DNA of 64,000 nucleotides from the NCBI GenBank assembly GCA_018609195.1, contig JAHCSE010000018.1, positions 4,750 through 68,749 of the forward strand, written 5' to 3'. Under the pieces are notes generated by a model that saw only the letters and a program-made list of their open reading frames with translations, was not told where the DNA came from and did not search any database. The position numbers were made by a program, and so were the translations under genes. Shown here piece by piece: positions 62,772-64,000 of this stretch. Each line of letters opens with the position of its first letter. The stretch's first letter is position 1. The DNA is from Patescibacteria group bacterium. GTDB taxonomy: Bacteria > Patescibacteriota > Minisyncoccia > Minisyncoccales > RBG-13-36-15.

Positions 62772-63596
62772 ATGAAAGGAAATCAAAAAATATTATCTTC
62801 TGTCAAAGAAAAACCTCACTTTTCTGAAGGAAATTTTGTGCTCTATCATTCAGATTGCTTGAAAATATTAGAGCAATTACCAGATAACTCAATCCATATG
62901 ATATTCGCTGATCCCCCCTACAACCTTTCTAATGATGGATTCACTGTTCATGCTGGCAGAAGGGTTAGCGTAAATAAAGGAGAATGGGATGTCAGTAGAG
63001 GATTAAAAAAAGATTTTGAATTTCATTTTAACTGGATAAAGGCTTGTAAGAGAGTTTTAAAACCAAATGGGACTATCTGGATAAGCGGCACTTATCACTC
63101 CATACATGAATGCGGTTTTGCCTTGCAGGTAGCAGGCTTTCATATTTTAAATGATATAACATGGTACAAGCCTAACGCTTCCCCAAATCTCAGTGGGAGG
63201 TATTTTACTGCTAGCCATGAAACTCTTATTTGGGCAAGGAAAGATAAAAAAGCCAAACACTTATTTAACTATAAATTAATGAAAATGGGGGATTGGCCAT
63301 CTGATTTTTTAAAAAAACCTGGCAAACAAATGAGATCTGTTTGGGCTATAAACACACCCCAAGTATGGGAAAAGAAGTTTAAAAAACATCCCACTCAAAA
63401 ACCATTTGAACTATTAAGGCGTGTTGTTTTAGCAAGTACTAAGAAAGGAGATATTGTATTAGATCCGTTTACTGGGAGTTCAACCACTGGTTTAGCGGCA
63501 ATAAAATTTGGGTGCAAATTTGTTGGAGTTGATACAAAGAAAAAATATTTAGATTTATCAAAAAAAAGATTTAACGATTTAAATAAAAATAAATAA
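62772..63596 (+). CDS. Type II beta-class N6A/N4C DNA methyltransferase
   Basis: IFADPPYNL (motif IV) precedes VLDPFTGSSTTGLAA (motif I). Confidence 0.85.
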   Translation: MKGNQKILSSVKEKPHFSEGNFVLYHSDCLKILEQLPDNSIHMIFADPPYNLSNDGFTVHAGRRVSVNKGEWDVSRGLKKDFEFHFNWIKACKRVLKPNGTIWISGTYHSIHECGFALQVAGFHILNDITWYKPNASPNLSGRYFTASHETLIWARKDKKAKHLFNYKLMKMGDWPSDFLKKPGKQMRSVWAINTPQVWEKKFKKHPTQKPFELLRRVVLASTKKGDIVLDPFTGSSTTGLAAIKFGCKFVGVDTKKKYLDLSKKRFNDLNKNK

Positions 63597-63600
63597 ATTT

Positions 63601-64000
63601 ATGGAGATTATTTCCCGAAAACAAGCCGTTGGACAGCTGCAAAAACTTATTGGTAAAGATTTAAGAAAATTAGCGGATAAATATAAGGTCACCGTTTTTA
63701 AAAATGGAAGGCTTAATAAGGGATGGGCTGGACATACCCTAGAGCGTTACTTAGGCTTAGATCTCAGTTCAAAACAAGCACCAAATAGCGAATTTTGGGA
63801 ATTGAAAGTTGTTCCACTAAAGAGACAGGGTAATTCTTATATTCCAAAAGAAACTATGGCAATTACAATGATTAATGCAAAAGATGTAGCTACAACCGAC
63901 TTTGAAAACAGTCATCTATTAAAAAAGTTGCAGAGTTTGATTATCTGTGGAAGAGAATTTGAAAGCAAAGAAGAAAGATATTCAATTTTAATTAGCGTTG
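63601..64000 (+). CDS. MutH/Sau3AI-family restriction endonuclease (N-terminal part; runs off window)
   Basis: NKGWAGHTLERYLGL ... FWELKVVP matches the MutH KGW.G..LE..LG / ..ELK catalytic pattern. Confidence 0.7.
   Translation, partial: MEIISRKQAVGQLQKLIGKDLRKLADKYKVTVFKNGRLNKGWAGHTLERYLGLDLSSKQAPNSEFWELKVVPLKRQGNSYIPKETMAITMINAKDVATTDFENSHLLKKLQSLIICGREFESKEERYSILISV

Noticed and set aside
1-64000. CRISPR arrays, rRNA genes, intact tRNA genes
   Set aside because: I saw no regularly spaced direct repeats with unique spacers and no rRNA-like conserved blocks. The only tRNA-like sequence is a 24-nt 3' fragment at 6639-6662.

Overview
This is a low-GC, tightly packed bacterial fragment. By inference from gene content (small genes, archaeal-type ApgM and FBP aldolase/phosphatase, many short hypothetical proteins) it resembles a CPR/Patescibacteria-like genome. 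No searches or folding could be run, so all calls come from reading the translations and the DNA.

Layout:
- 1-10.5 kb: thiol-redox genes (rhodanese, CcdA, TlpA-like), DUF3179, GDH, a TauE exporter, GH130, an esterase and a PurD-like ATP-grasp. A GC-rich foreign-looking island sits at 5.78-6.53 kb.
- 10.6-20.1 kb: defence island. It carries HTH-RadC-Mod-(PHP/Rad50-like ATPase)-Res, a GPGGGLYT-repeat protein, an HsdS remnant, and DUF3800 with an adjacent structured-RNA candidate.
- 20-42 kb: housekeeping genes (xseAB, RRM protein, ispH, rhomboid, ftsZ, galU, nnrD) and a glycolysis/gluconeogenesis cluster (eno, apgM, gap, acs, ppsA, fbp A/P), then L25, RF1 and L31.
- 42-55.9 kb (mostly minus strand): Cas4-like nucleases, ZIP transporter, methyltransferase, secreted proteins, histidine kinase, TrmH, HicAB and a deacetylase. 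Two paralogous promoter-driven GC-rich structured RNAs lie among them.
- 55.9-64 kb: second defence-like island. It has a PD-(D/E)XK nuclease plus Pif1-like helicase and a proteasome-type protease. It also holds an operon of four 'mosaic mini-ORF + unrelated effector-like gene' pairs, my top candidate for an undescribed system. A Type II R-M (beta-class MTase + MutH/Sau3AI-like endonuclease) closes the window.

Recurrent themes:
- GC-rich hairpin mini-elements occur both between genes and in frame inside housekeeping genes.
- A conserved ATCGCC-N4-5-GGCGAT hairpin fused to an extended -10 box recurs at least 9 times.
- The gap gene is flanked by diverged fragments of a second gap allele.

No intact tRNA, rRNA or CRISPR array was seen.
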